Shown here: one piece after another, positions 1 to 10,504 of the stretch
How positions within the stretch are numbered: the stretch's first letter is position 1
How the letters are laid out: each line of letters starts with the position of its first letter
Assembly: GCA_964019335.1 (NCBI GenBank)
Contig: OZ025652.1
Coordinates: 496,001 to 560,000, forward strand
Length of the DNA stretch: 64,000 nucleotides
DNA from: Diplonema japonicum
Taxonomy: Eukaryota > Protista > Euglenozoa: Diplonemea
Reading direction: 5' to 3'
The notes under the pieces: model-generated
Seen by the model: only the letters and a program-made list of their open reading frames with translations
Told to the model about the DNA's origin: nothing
Databases searched by the model: none
Position numbers and translations under genes: made by a program

Positions 1-3000
1 CGTCACGATAGGCGTAACCCCCAAGTCGTCTAACAGGAACTGCATTTTTTCCATTTCTTTCTTCGAAGGATGCAGGTAGATCATATGTTTAAACACCCTC
101 AGCAGTGCAATGGTCAGGTTGTCCTCTTTAGACTCCTTGAAGTGCCTGAACAGGTTCATGGTCAGCATCCTGTTCCTGTTCAGCAGGTCATTCTTCAATA
201 CCTCTGCCAGTCCTTTGATGGCTTTCTCGTCGTTTTCTAGTTCACGCGCTGTAGGGTCCCCGAACTCCCCCGAAGTGTTCACCAATACCAGTTGCAACGC
301 CGTTCTGAACAGCTGCGGGAAGCCCTTGTAGAGGGTGGTGTCAAGAAGTACTTGTGATAGGAGATCGGTTTTTAGTCTCAAGAATGCACCTTCAGGATGC
401 TTGCCGATTCTTCGGTCGGTGGAGCTCACACGGTCCACCCATTTCCGTATGTTCATGGTGGTGCCTGCATTCCTGAAGAGCCACTGAAGGATTTTGCAGC
501 ATGTGAGTTTGCTCTCCATTACCACTTGGTTGTTCTCCGTCCACGCAAAACGCTGGTTCTTGAGTACCATGCCGGGTCCCGTGTCAGACCACACTGTCAC
601 AGCCTTCCGGCTTTCCTCTGTACGGGGGGACGCTGGGCTGCCCAACGGGCTACTAGGAATAGCGCTTATCATGTCGGTTCCGCCCCAGTTGTTGTTCACA
701 CGCGGTGCTTCATAAGCAGTGAACAAGTCATCTGCCACCATTGAGTCGCTGGTACCATCCAGCAGCTTCAGAAGAGGATGGAACAAGTGCTCTAGCTCTT
801 CTGGTGTGTAGCAGCCCGATGTGATCATTACGTTGGCCAGCTCAAGCATGTTGGTCATCAGGTTATTCTTCGCAGCTGCCGAAACCTCCAATCGCGAGTT
901 CCGCGTGATGAAGTCATAAACAGTGTCCTTCAGTCTGTCGAGGATCTCTTTGGGCGTCTTGGCATGCAGACCGTTTTCAACAAACATGTATCGTGCGATC
1001 TTAACGAAGCCCGACCTGATGGGGTCGCACAGTGGGTGGGACACCTGGAGCATAATGCCTTGCAAAATCAGCTGTGGAGGGAACCTCTTCTTCACGTAGT
1101 TAATGGCCACGTCGTTGCCACCCATGCACAAGGCAGCGAGGAAGATGAGACTCTGTTCGAAGTACCCTGTCTCCTCAGGGTCGGAGTCCGTGATCCATGC
1201 CTCTAGGGCGATCCAAAGGTCTTCCTCTGCATCGCCTGCTTGCGTGTCGTTCACGTCGCCTGTCGTCGTGTTCCTAACAAGCAACGCGTTCATCTGTGCT
1301 CTCATGTGACTGAGGGACGCAGTAGCCGAGTTCACCATGTCATCTGGCAAGTCGATCTCGTCGTTCTCGATGTTGGCGGCGTGTTTTATCTCCCTGCGCA
1401 GCCCGACTAGCAGGTCCAGCCTGTCGTGCATGTTCTCCGTGCAGACTAGCAACCTTCTTTCGTTTCTTCGTTCTTCATCTTGGAGCAGTCCCTTGGGTGC
1501 CTTGAACACCAACGTCAAACCTTGCTTATGGAGACCATCAGGAGGTGCTTTATTCGCCACACCGTCCTTCTTGGCGTGTTGGAACATATAAATGGGTACC
1601 GTGCGTGGATGGATGTCTCCCGGGTTGCTGCCTAATAGCAAACTTCCTCCCGTCACAGTCAGCCACTGCCGGTGCCACCTAGGGACAACGCACGGCACGT
1701 CGCATGTCCAGACCCAAGACCCGTTCATCGCTGCTGGTATGTTGTATGCTACGTTGAGCAACGCAGCTTGAGGTGACGCACTCCTCGACCGCGGGCTGTA
1801 CCTCATTGCATAGGGAGAGGCCGGTGCACGGATCCTTTCTTCCTCCTCACTCTCGCTGTCACTATCGCTAGAACCATCGTCCTCCTCTTCTTCACCGTTT
1901 TCTTTCCGCCTTTTAAATCTTCGGATCTTCCTCTCCGTGTTTGCTGGGAAACCGCTCACAGGCCTTATTTGGATCATGTCGTTCTTCAGCCTCAGCGGGT
2001 ACATCAGCCTCAGTTTCTCCATGTTTCGAAGCTTGCGGACTAGAATTTGTTGGTTGTTAGGAAGCCCTTCTCCGTCGCACGTGCAACACGCTGACAGCAG
2101 CGTCATGTATGTGCTCTTCCTGCCGTATTGAGGAATGAGCCACACAAATGATTCTAGCTGAAGGGGCTGCAGATGGTCAAGAAGACGGTCATTGTTACAG
2201 ATAATCTGCATGTAAGCGTCTGCAATGGAGGTCATGTCACCCAGCTGGGACTCGATGAACGAAAGGAACTGCGACATCTGCTGTGCCATGTCTTTCGCAC
2301 CCTTTACCATCAGCTTGATGAGTCTGTAGCCAAGTGCGTAGATGTTGCGCAGGTTGCGGTATTGTTCCAATCTTAAAATGGCCTCAAGGGTGAGCCCTCC
2401 GTGTTCCATGGGCGCACGGAGCATGCGGAAGACAAGGTTGTGAACATTCTGCTGGAAGAGCATGCGTTGATGTTTCCTGACAGGTGGCCCGTTGTGACCA
2501 AAGGGGTCGTCACTCTCCTTCGACTTCGTGCAGAACAAACACAGCGATTTCAAAGCATTCATGGCAGATTGGATTAGTTTGGATGACTCCTGGTTTTTAG
2601 TGTTCCTCTTCAGCTGCATCATCAGTGTGTCCGCTTGGTCCTTCCCGACAACACCCTCAGTGTGTTTCCCTGTGCCACCATGGAGTCCTCTTTGCATCTG
2701 CAAGTTTCTCTGTTCTTGAACGGCTTTTTTCTCCTCTTCTCGTTCTTGTCTGAGGTCTATCCAGTACTGGTGGAACCTCTCGAGTGTCACAACCATGTTG
2801 CAGACTTGAGTCAGGCTCTCTTTCTCCTCGGGATTCACGACCCTGATGGCGAACACGTCCTCATAGTAACCCTTGGTGGTGGTTTCTACTCGTTGGAGCT
2901 TCCCTGTTGTCCCTAGAGAAGCTGCCTTGAACTGGTCATCAACAGACACACACGTCCGTACAGGCTCGTCGATCGTGTACTCGCCTGTCGCGTGCAGCCA

Positions 3001-4149
3001 CACTTCCTCATAGTGAAAGCAAAGCCTTGCGAAGGAGGACGTGGTGAGTGCCTCTGACTGGTCGTGCGTGTCTAGAGGATGGATGGCCAGCAGTGTGTTC
3101 TTGTCTTCAGGTAGGTATGTTGTTGTGACGTCTTGCATCCTCGTCCCGTCGGGGAGGCTCCAACAGTTCAGCGTGAGGTACAGCCCGGTGGCCATGTGCT
3201 TCAGACGATAGTACTTCCTGTGTTTGTTGAAAAGCACAGCACCACCCTTTTTAGAATCTTCTGATTCCAGAATCCACAGTGCATTCGACGAGTACGGCAA
3301 GTCCAGAACATTGAAGGTGGCCTTCTGTATGTTGTGGTGGTCGATGAAGCCGTGATCCGCGTCTTGGATCTGCCAGTCACACAACAGGAACCCCTCTGCC
3401 TCACGGTGGTAAAGCACAACAGCTGACCCCGCCATGACGCACTGGTCTGAGACGAACTTCTTCTCCTTGTCCTTGTCGGTCTCGTAAGGTTCCATCTGCC
3501 AAGCTGCACCTTTTTGTTCTCGGGTTTGGAAGTCAACGAAGTGCTGGACAGGGGTGGTGACGCCTTTTGCTTCCATGACCTGCTCTTGGTGGGACTTCCA
3601 GAGTGTGGTCAGCGATGTGGTTAGACTGGTAACGTGCACAAAGAGCTCAGTACGCACGTGTTCGATCACTATCTGGTCTTCAAGACGGACGCGTTCACCC
3701 ACCTCACGGATCTTGTATTTTGGAAGGATTCTAAACAACTGCATTTCGTGTTGCATCTCGTCAGGGTGTCCCACAGGGAGCGAAGGCTGTCCAATCGTCA
3801 TCGAGGCCTTCATGCGCGAGTCGTCACGTTCTGCTTCATCTGTAGCAGGCCCGTCACACGTCAGGTATCTGTTCGAGAACACGTTCCACAGCTTCACCAC
3901 CTGACCGTACGAGACGTACTTCGCAGTCTCCGCCGCTTCACCCCACAAAAAGGCTTGCTGGTCCAAGGTCTTCGACTGCCTCACTTGGTAAATACAACGC
4001 TCGAAGTTTCTCGCAAACTCAGTCTTCTGCTGCTCTACAACAGGAAAGCATTGGTTCCCAACATAATACAGAGACAGCGCACCTTGGTAATGGGTGCTGT
4101 TGAAGTAGATCTTGTCGCTAAACTTCAGAAACTCTGTGTGTGTCGTCAT
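1..4149 (-). CDS. ITPR: Inositol 1,4,5-trisphosphate receptor (IP3R/RyR family Ca2+ channel), N-terminal ~1383 aa, runs off the window
   Basis: Absent from the ORF track because there is no stop in the window. Hand-translated segments from ATG 4149 are all in one frame: MTTHTEFLKFSDKIYF...YVSYGQVVKLWNVFSNRYLT...FRILPKYKIREVGERVRLEDQIVIE...SSNALWILE...YRLKHMATGLYL...VRKHQRMLFQQNV. These match the IP3R suppressor, MIR and RIH motifs, and the same frame reads QFLLDDLGVTPIVT at position 1. Confidence 0.9.
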   Translation of the reverse strand, partial: MTTHTEFLKFSDKIYFNSTHYQGALSLYYVGNQCFPVVEQQKTEFARNFERCIYQVRQSKTLDQQAFLWGEAAETAKYVSYGQVVKLWNVFSNRYLTCDGPATDEAERDDSRMKASMTIGQPSLPVGHPDEMQHEMQLFRILPKYKIREVGERVRLEDQIVIEHVRTELFVHVTSLTTSLTTLWKSHQEQVMEAKGVTTPVQHFVDFQTREQKGAAWQMEPYETDKDKEKKFVSDQCVMAGSAVVLYHREAEGFLLCDWQIQDADHGFIDHHNIQKATFNVLDLPYSSNALWILESEDSKKGGAVLFNKHRKYYRLKHMATGLYLTLNCWSLPDGTRMQDVTTTYLPEDKNTLLAIHPLDTHDQSEALTTSSFARLCFHYEEVWLHATGEYTIDEPVRTCVSVDDQFKAASLGTTGKLQRVETTTKGYYEDVFAIRVVNPEEKESLTQVCNMVVTLERFHQYWIDLRQEREEEKKAVQEQRNLQMQRGLHGGTGKHTEGVVGKDQADTLMMQLKRNTKNQESSKLIQSAMNALKSLCLFCTKSKESDDPFGHNGPPVRKHQRMLFQQNVHNLVFRMLRAPMEHGGLTLEAILRLEQYRNLRNIYALGYRLIKLMVKGAKDMAQQMSQFLSFIESQLGDMTSIADAYMQIICNNDRLLDHLQPLQLESFVWLIPQYGRKSTYMTLLSACCTCDGEGLPNNQQILVRKLRNMEKLRLMYPLRLKNDMIQIRPVSGFPANTERKIRRFKRRKENGEEEEDDGSSDSDSESEEEERIRAPASPYAMRYSPRSRSASPQAALLNVAYNIPAAMNGSWVWTCDVPCVVPRWHRQWLTVTGGSLLLGSNPGDIHPRTVPIYMFQHAKKDGVANKAPPDGLHKQGLTLVFKAPKGLLQDEERRNERRLLVCTENMHDRLDLLVGLRREIKHAANIENDEIDLPDDMVNSATASLSHMRAQMNALLVRNTTTGDVNDTQAGDAEEDLWIALEAWITDSDPEETGYFEQSLIFLAALCMGGNDVAINYVKKRFPPQLILQGIMLQVSHPLCDPIRSGFVKIARYMFVENGLHAKTPKEILDRLKDTVYDFITRNSRLEVSAAAKNNLMTNMLELANVMITSGCYTPEELEHLFHPLLKLLDGTSDSMVADDLFTAYEAPRVNNNWGGTDMISAIPSSPLGSPASPRTEESRKAVTVWSDTGPGMVLKNQRFAWTENNQVVMESKLTCCKILQWLFRNAGTTMNIRKWVDRVSSTDRRIGKHPEGAFLRLKTDLLSQVLLDTTLYKGFPQLFRTALQLVLVNTSGEFGDPTARELENDEKAIKGLAEVLKNDLLNRNRMLTMNLFRHFKESKEDNLTIALLRVFKHMIYLHPSKKEMEKMQFLLDDLGVTPIVT

Positions 4150-4255
4150 TGCTACCCCGCGCCCCTGTACGCCCTGTGGTGAGTGTGGAAAAAGCATCAC
4201 ATAAGCATAATAAAGTAATTTGAATAAAGTGGTTGCACGGAAGTACATTTGCAAT

Positions 4256-6670
4256 TCAGCACTCGGTGGCATCGAAAGCATCTAACATGCGATCAAGCAA
4301 TTTGGCTCGTCGCCAGTTTGCTTGGATCAGCCGCGCGGAGTACTCGAGTTGTTGCGATGCTTCGCTTTCGACAATATTTTTGTTCTTCTGCACCCGCAGT
4401 TTTTGAGCTATTGGTATTGCGAGAAGCCTTCTAAACTGCGACTGCACGAGTACGATTGAAGGTAGCAAACTCAGTTCCGCCATCACAGAAGGGATGACGG
4501 CGTGCGCCGCATGAAGAGATCGTGCGGCAACGACCTCATCCCTTGTGAGCACGGCAGCACGTTGCAGGCCCTGCATGCTTAGCAGTAGCTTGAGCTCATT
4601 GTAGTACAATGCAGTCACCGTGACTCGTGCATTGCTCTCACCGATCTCCACAGCGCCTAGCTCGCACACGTTGTACATGCCGAGGACTACAAAGCTGAAG
4701 GTGTCGTTAAAGAAGCTTGACATCCCAGTGAAGGCCATGTCCCACATTAGCTGCTTACGTGTGACCTCCTCATCCTCCCTCATGAGGGAATACTCCATCT
4801 CGTGGTAGATGAAGTGGCGCGTTGAGAATTCCATTAGTTCTTCATTAGCTCGCGACTGTGGCTCGTCGCTGTCCTCCACAGAAATGAGAGACTTCAACAC
4901 GGACCTCGCTTGCGACGGGAACAACGACCCGTGCATTGAGAATTTTTTTCGCGGCGGTTCACAGTGTGCCTGTAGTGTCATGTCTGCCAACGTCCCATGC
5001 AGTAGGCCTGTGAGCTCCACCCACTCTGCATTGGCTTCAACTTCCCAGTCTGACCGGTCCTCCGCTTCCTGGTGCTGCACTACCCTTGCGTCATTAGTGA
5101 ATCTTTCCCACGCCCTCTGCTCCAGCGTGCCATATCCTGACTTGTCAATAAAACCCATTACCTTATCTGCCATAAGCAAGCACTTCACTTCCACCATCAG
5201 TTTTTCGACTAGCTGTCGTGTCTCTTCTAAAGGGCCGTCCCACAGAGCGCACCGTGCTACTATCTCATGATGCATCACACCTGCTATGCCTGCTTCATGC
5301 ATCTCTTCCATAGCAGTTCGCTTTCGCTTGAACCCTTCTTCGTACTTCACGTTGCTAAACTTTCGTTCCCACACACTTACCTCCTTTGTACTGCTGTACA
5401 GTTCCGCCCTCCACGCTGACTCTTTGTGGTACCACTCCCAATCTTCCAGGTCTGCAACTTTCTGCCGTTCTTCCAGTTCCTCCCATTGACGCACCAATCG
5501 CTCGTCGGGCGGCTGGTTCTCGCGTAAGTTCTGTTCCAGATCCTCTACCTCCCTTATCAGCATTGTTCTGTAGTGAGAATGCTCTTCTGCAGCAACTCTC
5601 GAAGACAAGTGAGCTCGCAGAGTGTCTTGCTTGAGCTTCATAGCGGCACGTGCTGCCGAGCTCCTGCGTCGCTGTCTGCACCATTTCTGTATCGTCAGGG
5701 CAGCCACTTCGGGGCTAGGGCTGGTGGGCATGACAGGCTGTTGGATACATGAGTACCATTTGAGCCATTCCCGTGCGTTGTGCTCTCTCCACAAGTGTTC
5801 CAGGGCTTCGAGGATGCCCTCGATGCTGCGGAGCCGGCTGAACACAATAGTGTGATAACTTTCCTGTTCTAGGTGAAGTAGCTTCAACTGAGGTCGCCAC
5901 GTCTCTCGCGCGGCCATCCCTGTACTGAACCATTCCCCTGCTATGACGCTCCTGTTGTCGGGCTCTGCAAGAATTAAATCATGCAGGCGGCGTGTCGCAT
6001 CGATGTACTTGATGTGGTTTTCGTGCAACGCAGTGGACACCGCCACGCAGCTGCGTACCGCGATATCTGTGTGGCAGCTGCGTCCCAAACCGTGCACTAA
6101 GAGGACCAAGGGCTGTCGTGCAGCGACCTCTTCAGCGATGATGACCTCCCTGTGGGGAGGCTCGTCGTGTACAACGGGAAGACTCGCGAGGAGGCACCTG
6201 TGGAGTGCCCATGATGCAACGTTGCGTTCCCACCATGAGGTGATGGCACGCCGTGAAGTGGTTTCCGTAATGGCGAAGCGCTGCTTGGCTGACTGGACAC
6301 AGGCTTCCATGTCAGAGAGGAAGAGAAGCCACGTGTACTTGCGGTCCCAGCTCTCATCTTTGATAACCTCGAGGCGGGTGAGGGACTCTTTATCGACAAG
6401 GGGCGGCAGGCGGGGTGGAGGTGATGGGATTACATACGAGACCTTGCTTGCAGGGGGAGCCGCGCAAGCACCCATACTTGGGAGGGCCTCTCTCAACCAG
6501 TACCTCCGGAAGGCCTTAAGACGCGGGTCCTCACTCGGGACGCTGGGGGGAAGTTTCACATGGCGGATGTGAGGTAGGCAGAAGTCATTCTTCCCAACTC
6601 TTCCAGGTGGAGTCGCCGGCAGAGGGATGCCCATTGGCCTGCAAGGAACAGGCGCTATCTCTGAGACCAT
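4256..6670 (-). CDS. Uncharacterised 804-aa helical protein with ~3 IQ calmodulin-binding motifs
   Basis: Long ORF with IQ-like motifs ALTIQKWCRQRRR, LVQSQFRRLLAI and ARLIQANWRRAKL. Confidence 0.7.
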   Translation of the reverse strand: MVSEIAPVPCRPMGIPLPATPPGRVGKNDFCLPHIRHVKLPPSVPSEDPRLKAFRRYWLREALPSMGACAAPPASKVSYVIPSPPPRLPPLVDKESLTRLEVIKDESWDRKYTWLLFLSDMEACVQSAKQRFAITETTSRRAITSWWERNVASWALHRCLLASLPVVHDEPPHREVIIAEEVAARQPLVLLVHGLGRSCHTDIAVRSCVAVSTALHENHIKYIDATRRLHDLILAEPDNRSVIAGEWFSTGMAARETWRPQLKLLHLEQESYHTIVFSRLRSIEGILEALEHLWREHNAREWLKWYSCIQQPVMPTSPSPEVAALTIQKWCRQRRRSSAARAAMKLKQDTLRAHLSSRVAAEEHSHYRTMLIREVEDLEQNLRENQPPDERLVRQWEELEERQKVADLEDWEWYHKESAWRAELYSSTKEVSVWERKFSNVKYEEGFKRKRTAMEEMHEAGIAGVMHHEIVARCALWDGPLEETRQLVEKLMVEVKCLLMADKVMGFIDKSGYGTLEQRAWERFTNDARVVQHQEAEDRSDWEVEANAEWVELTGLLHGTLADMTLQAHCEPPRKKFSMHGSLFPSQARSVLKSLISVEDSDEPQSRANEELMEFSTRHFIYHEMEYSLMREDEEVTRKQLMWDMAFTGMSSFFNDTFSFVVLGMYNVCELGAVEIGESNARVTVTALYYNELKLLLSMQGLQRAAVLTRDEVVAARSLHAAHAVIPSVMAELSLLPSIVLVQSQFRRLLAIPIAQKLRVQKNKNIVESEASQQLEYSARLIQANWRRAKLLDRMLDAFDATEC

Positions 6671-7679
6671 GTCCCCTTGTGATGGTTTTGTTTAGTTATA
6701 CCGGGAAAATAAGAAAATAAGCATTAAAAAAGAAAAGAAAAAAAGAGAGAGAGGGAAGCAGGGACAGAAAAGGAGAAAGGGAGAATAATAAAGGTGGAGA
6801 GAAGGAAAGGATCCAACTAAAAGTTCGTTTTTCTTTGGGGGGGGGTCACTTAATACCAGAAAGGTGCCTAATTCACTTAATACCCCAAAATGGCCCATCC
6901 ACCAAATTTCGCTGAAAATAGTTGTGGCATTTTCCCTCCCACAAATAAAGAGCAAGCATTGCACGCCCATGGATTCTTACTCCCAAGGACGTAGGTTGCA
7001 TACAGCGGCCTTTCCAAACATGAGCGCACAATACATGTATTAAGCGAATCTTCGACTTTTCTTTGGGAAATAGGTGAATCCCCCTTCTTTTTTTAAAAGG
7101 TTTTTCATCATTCTTTTTTTTCTTCTTCTTCTTTTAGACAAAAAAGAATAAGAAACCATAAATATTTTTTTTTGTTTCCCCCTTCTTTATTCCACCTTTT
7201 GCGTTTTGTTTTTTTGTTTTCGTTCAATGTTCAATTTTCTTTCTTTTTTTTTTTTAATTTATTGTTGTCGTGTTCTTTCAGCTGTCTTGTCTTTTTTTTT
7301 TTCTTCTTCTTTCTCATTCTTTGACATTCGTTCCTCCAGGCGTGTTCGAAAGTTTGAATCAGGAAAAAAAAAAAAAAAAAAAAAAAAAACCGATCTTTTA
7401 TTTAACGTCAAGGTGGCATCCAGGTGTTTGTAGTCAAAACGACACATTGGTGTAACCTCTCAGACATGGTGTGTCTGGTCCCCATTTCCGGTGCCGAAGC
7501 CAAATGCGATCCATGTTACCCTGTTTTGCGACGTCTGCTTGTGTGTAGGTGACAGTTTCTCTACCGCTAGCTTGGTAGTGCAATAGCTGATCGCCCTGGC
7601 ACAGACCTTCCTGAAATGACTCGCTTAAGGGGAGGTGTCGTTACGCACCTTTACCGACCAAAGGTCTTGCTGCCCTAAA

Positions 7680-7715
<36 letters not shown>

Positions 7716-7902
7716 GGAGGGAAAGAAAAAGGAAGAGAAATATAACCCATCATATCTCTAAAACGGTCAGGCATATCGGGTTTCCAAAGGGGCTACGCTC
7801 TGCAGTAGGCACTTCAGATACATTTTTCCAGGCAAACAATACAATGCCAGGAAAAAAAAAAAAAAGAAAAAGAAAAAGAAAAAAAAATATGTGGGTAAAA
7901 AA

Positions 7903-7963
<61 letters not shown>

Positions 7964-9311
7964 AGAGACATTTAAGGGTACCTGCGGTATGTGGCAGGAC
8001 GCCTGAAAAAAAAAAAAACTCGATCTTTTTTAACGTCAAGGTGACACAAGTCAAACGGCGCTCACCACTACGACCACCACAGTCGGCTCCATGTGTTGTA
8101 GTCAAACGACACAACGGAGCGAGTTTTCTAAGTTGTGCAGCAAAGACGAAAAGAAGAAGAGGAAAAAGAAAATAGAGGAAAACAGCGCACACGGTCGCCT
8201 TAAACCACCAACTTTTTTTTTCCGCTGTCCACGGCAACCATGAAATGTAGCAAGGGGAGCAAAAGAAAAGAAAAAGAAAAACCGCACACGCAGCACATTG
8301 CCCCAAGGGATCAGACGAAAGGTACTTAAGCAGAGCTTTGTCCTTTTTTTTTTTCTTTTTTTTTTCTAGTTTCCACATGGGAAAGAGCAAAAGTGAAGGC
8401 AACCCATGGCCTCCTTATGCTCTTGAAGTGCACAAAGACTCCTTAGTGGACGGCGGGGAGAAAAAAGTTCTTACTTACATGAATAAAATAAAATAAAATA
8501 AAAAAAAAAAAAAAATGGGGCTTTGGTTGCAACACTATTTGGCGTTAAGTGTGCAGCGTGGTGGGGGGTCTATCTTGTGTTGTTACCCTTCTGCGTCGCT
8601 GCATTTTTATCGGCAGATGGGGTGGGGATACTTCGGGTAGGTTCGAGGTAGGTCGGCACGAACTTGTCGCTCCAGTCGTCTCTCCCCGGTGAACCGGTTG
8701 CGAGTCGCTGTTCGAGGATGAAGCGCACCTTGTCGTACGATGCGAATGTGGGTCTGCAGGTATACCCTCGGATCCGTTTGTTTGCACCAATGGATCGGAG
8801 GGAGGATGTCAAGAAAGGTTTCCCGGGGATAGGAGGGGGTCGTGCTTTCTTTTCGGCCACCTCTGACAGTTTTGTCAGAACTTTAGCTAGCCGGTTTGCA
8901 CGCTTACGTACGTCAGCCGTATCTTCCAAGATGAGCTGTTTGGTCGTGGCCTCAAAGTCGAGTGCGAGCTCTATCCTTGAGACTGAACCATGTGGGCTCC
9001 ACTGCAGCATGCGAAGCCATTTGAGCACTTCTGGGTGTACACGTTACGTATCTGTGCCCTCATCTCGTGCGACATGCATCCTATCGCGGGTGTTTCTTCC
9101 ATTCGTCGGATCAATGATTTAATCTTCCGCTTAAGGATCGCGACTTGGTTCTCTTTGCAGGTCACTGCCCCACACCCTTCATGATTCGACGGTGCGGAAA
9201 TCTCCCGAAGCACCGGTTGCCGCAAGTCTCCTCGCCCCCGCTGTGTGAGATCGGCTCCTAGGAGGTCCTCAACAGCGACGGCTAGGTATCGAATGGCCGA
9301 GTTCAGGTTAG

Positions 9312-10504
9312 TCAGCAGGGTGTGTTGAAGATTCTGCGGTCGAACAAGCCAGGCGTTCCCGTGATGACGGTGTTCGGACATTTGAGCTGTCTGGGTACCT
9401 TGTACATGGGTACAAGTTGCCGCATGGCTGGTAACTTCAGCGTCACAGTTAGCGCTCGATGCGACGGCACGCCTATGTCTTCAGTAACACAGGACACAAG
9501 CGCTGCAGCAGCTATGGGGTTCATCAGGATGTAGTCGGGTCTTGTGGCTGCAACGGCAGTAACGTAGGTGGGGCTTGGGTCCCTCCCTTGATGTTTTGCA
9601 AACATCGCGGATGCGTCCACCCAGTGCGTGTTAAGCGCATGTTGCAATGTAGGAGATGCATCGATTGTAGTGTTCATATCTCCAACTACAATGATCGGGA
9701 CCTGGCCTAGCGATATCCGCAATCGGTTTAGGATATTGCAAAGTAAGGTTTCGCGAGCAGCGACTCCAGCCTTCGACTTATCAACATCGGCGTACAGGTT
9801 AACTACGTGTAACCACCTGTTGCCTTCACCCATCGCGTACATTACATGTTGGAATCTCGTCTGCTGTCCAACATCCGGGAGGACATGCTGTTCTATGCAG
9901 GTGCCGGGAATACGGTATAATGTGGCGACGCCTCCCCTCTCCGCTAAGGTTGGGGATTCAACACCGTCCAGCATCAGTCCACGTTGCGGTTTCCCAAATA
10001 TGACACGCCTCTGCGTCATACCCGGATCCCCCTTCATTGTTGTAGCCACTTGGAATTGTGTCGTAGCCGTCAGCGCCGTCTCCTGAACACACAGGATATT
10101 GGCTGTTACCTTCTTGAGGATGTGGAATGTGTTGTTCCACGAAGTAACGTTAACCATGTTATCGTCACTGTGTCGCACGTTTTCGCATCACCTATCGATG
10201 TCAAGGGCGGACGCGGAACACTACCTTTCGTGCCTTGAGGTTCTCCCGCTGGAACGTAGAAGTCCTTCCATAATCCTGTCGTCTTCACCTTGAGGGATAT
10301 CTTCTTGCACGGCGGGCCAGGGTTGGGGTGCACATCACCATCAGCTAACAGCCTGAGGAGTGCCTCCATCGCGATGTTTGAATATGCATGTTTTTGGTTG
10401 CATATTCGGGGAAGGGAGAAGTAGGGGCTCATGCTAAACACTGAAGGGGGGTAGCAGAGCAGGGGAACACTGATTGGGAGGAGGATCATGATACGGGTCC
10501 TCAT
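9312..10504 (-). pseudogene. Retrotransposon ORF2 N-terminus: leader, 2A-like motif and apurinic-like endonuclease (EEP) domain, frameshifted
   Basis: ATG 10504 gives MRTRIMILL...ALLRLLADGDVHPNPGP. A 1-nt deletion near 10157 separates ...TVTIT from MVNVTSWN..., and the APE catalytic motifs follow. Confidence 0.75.
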
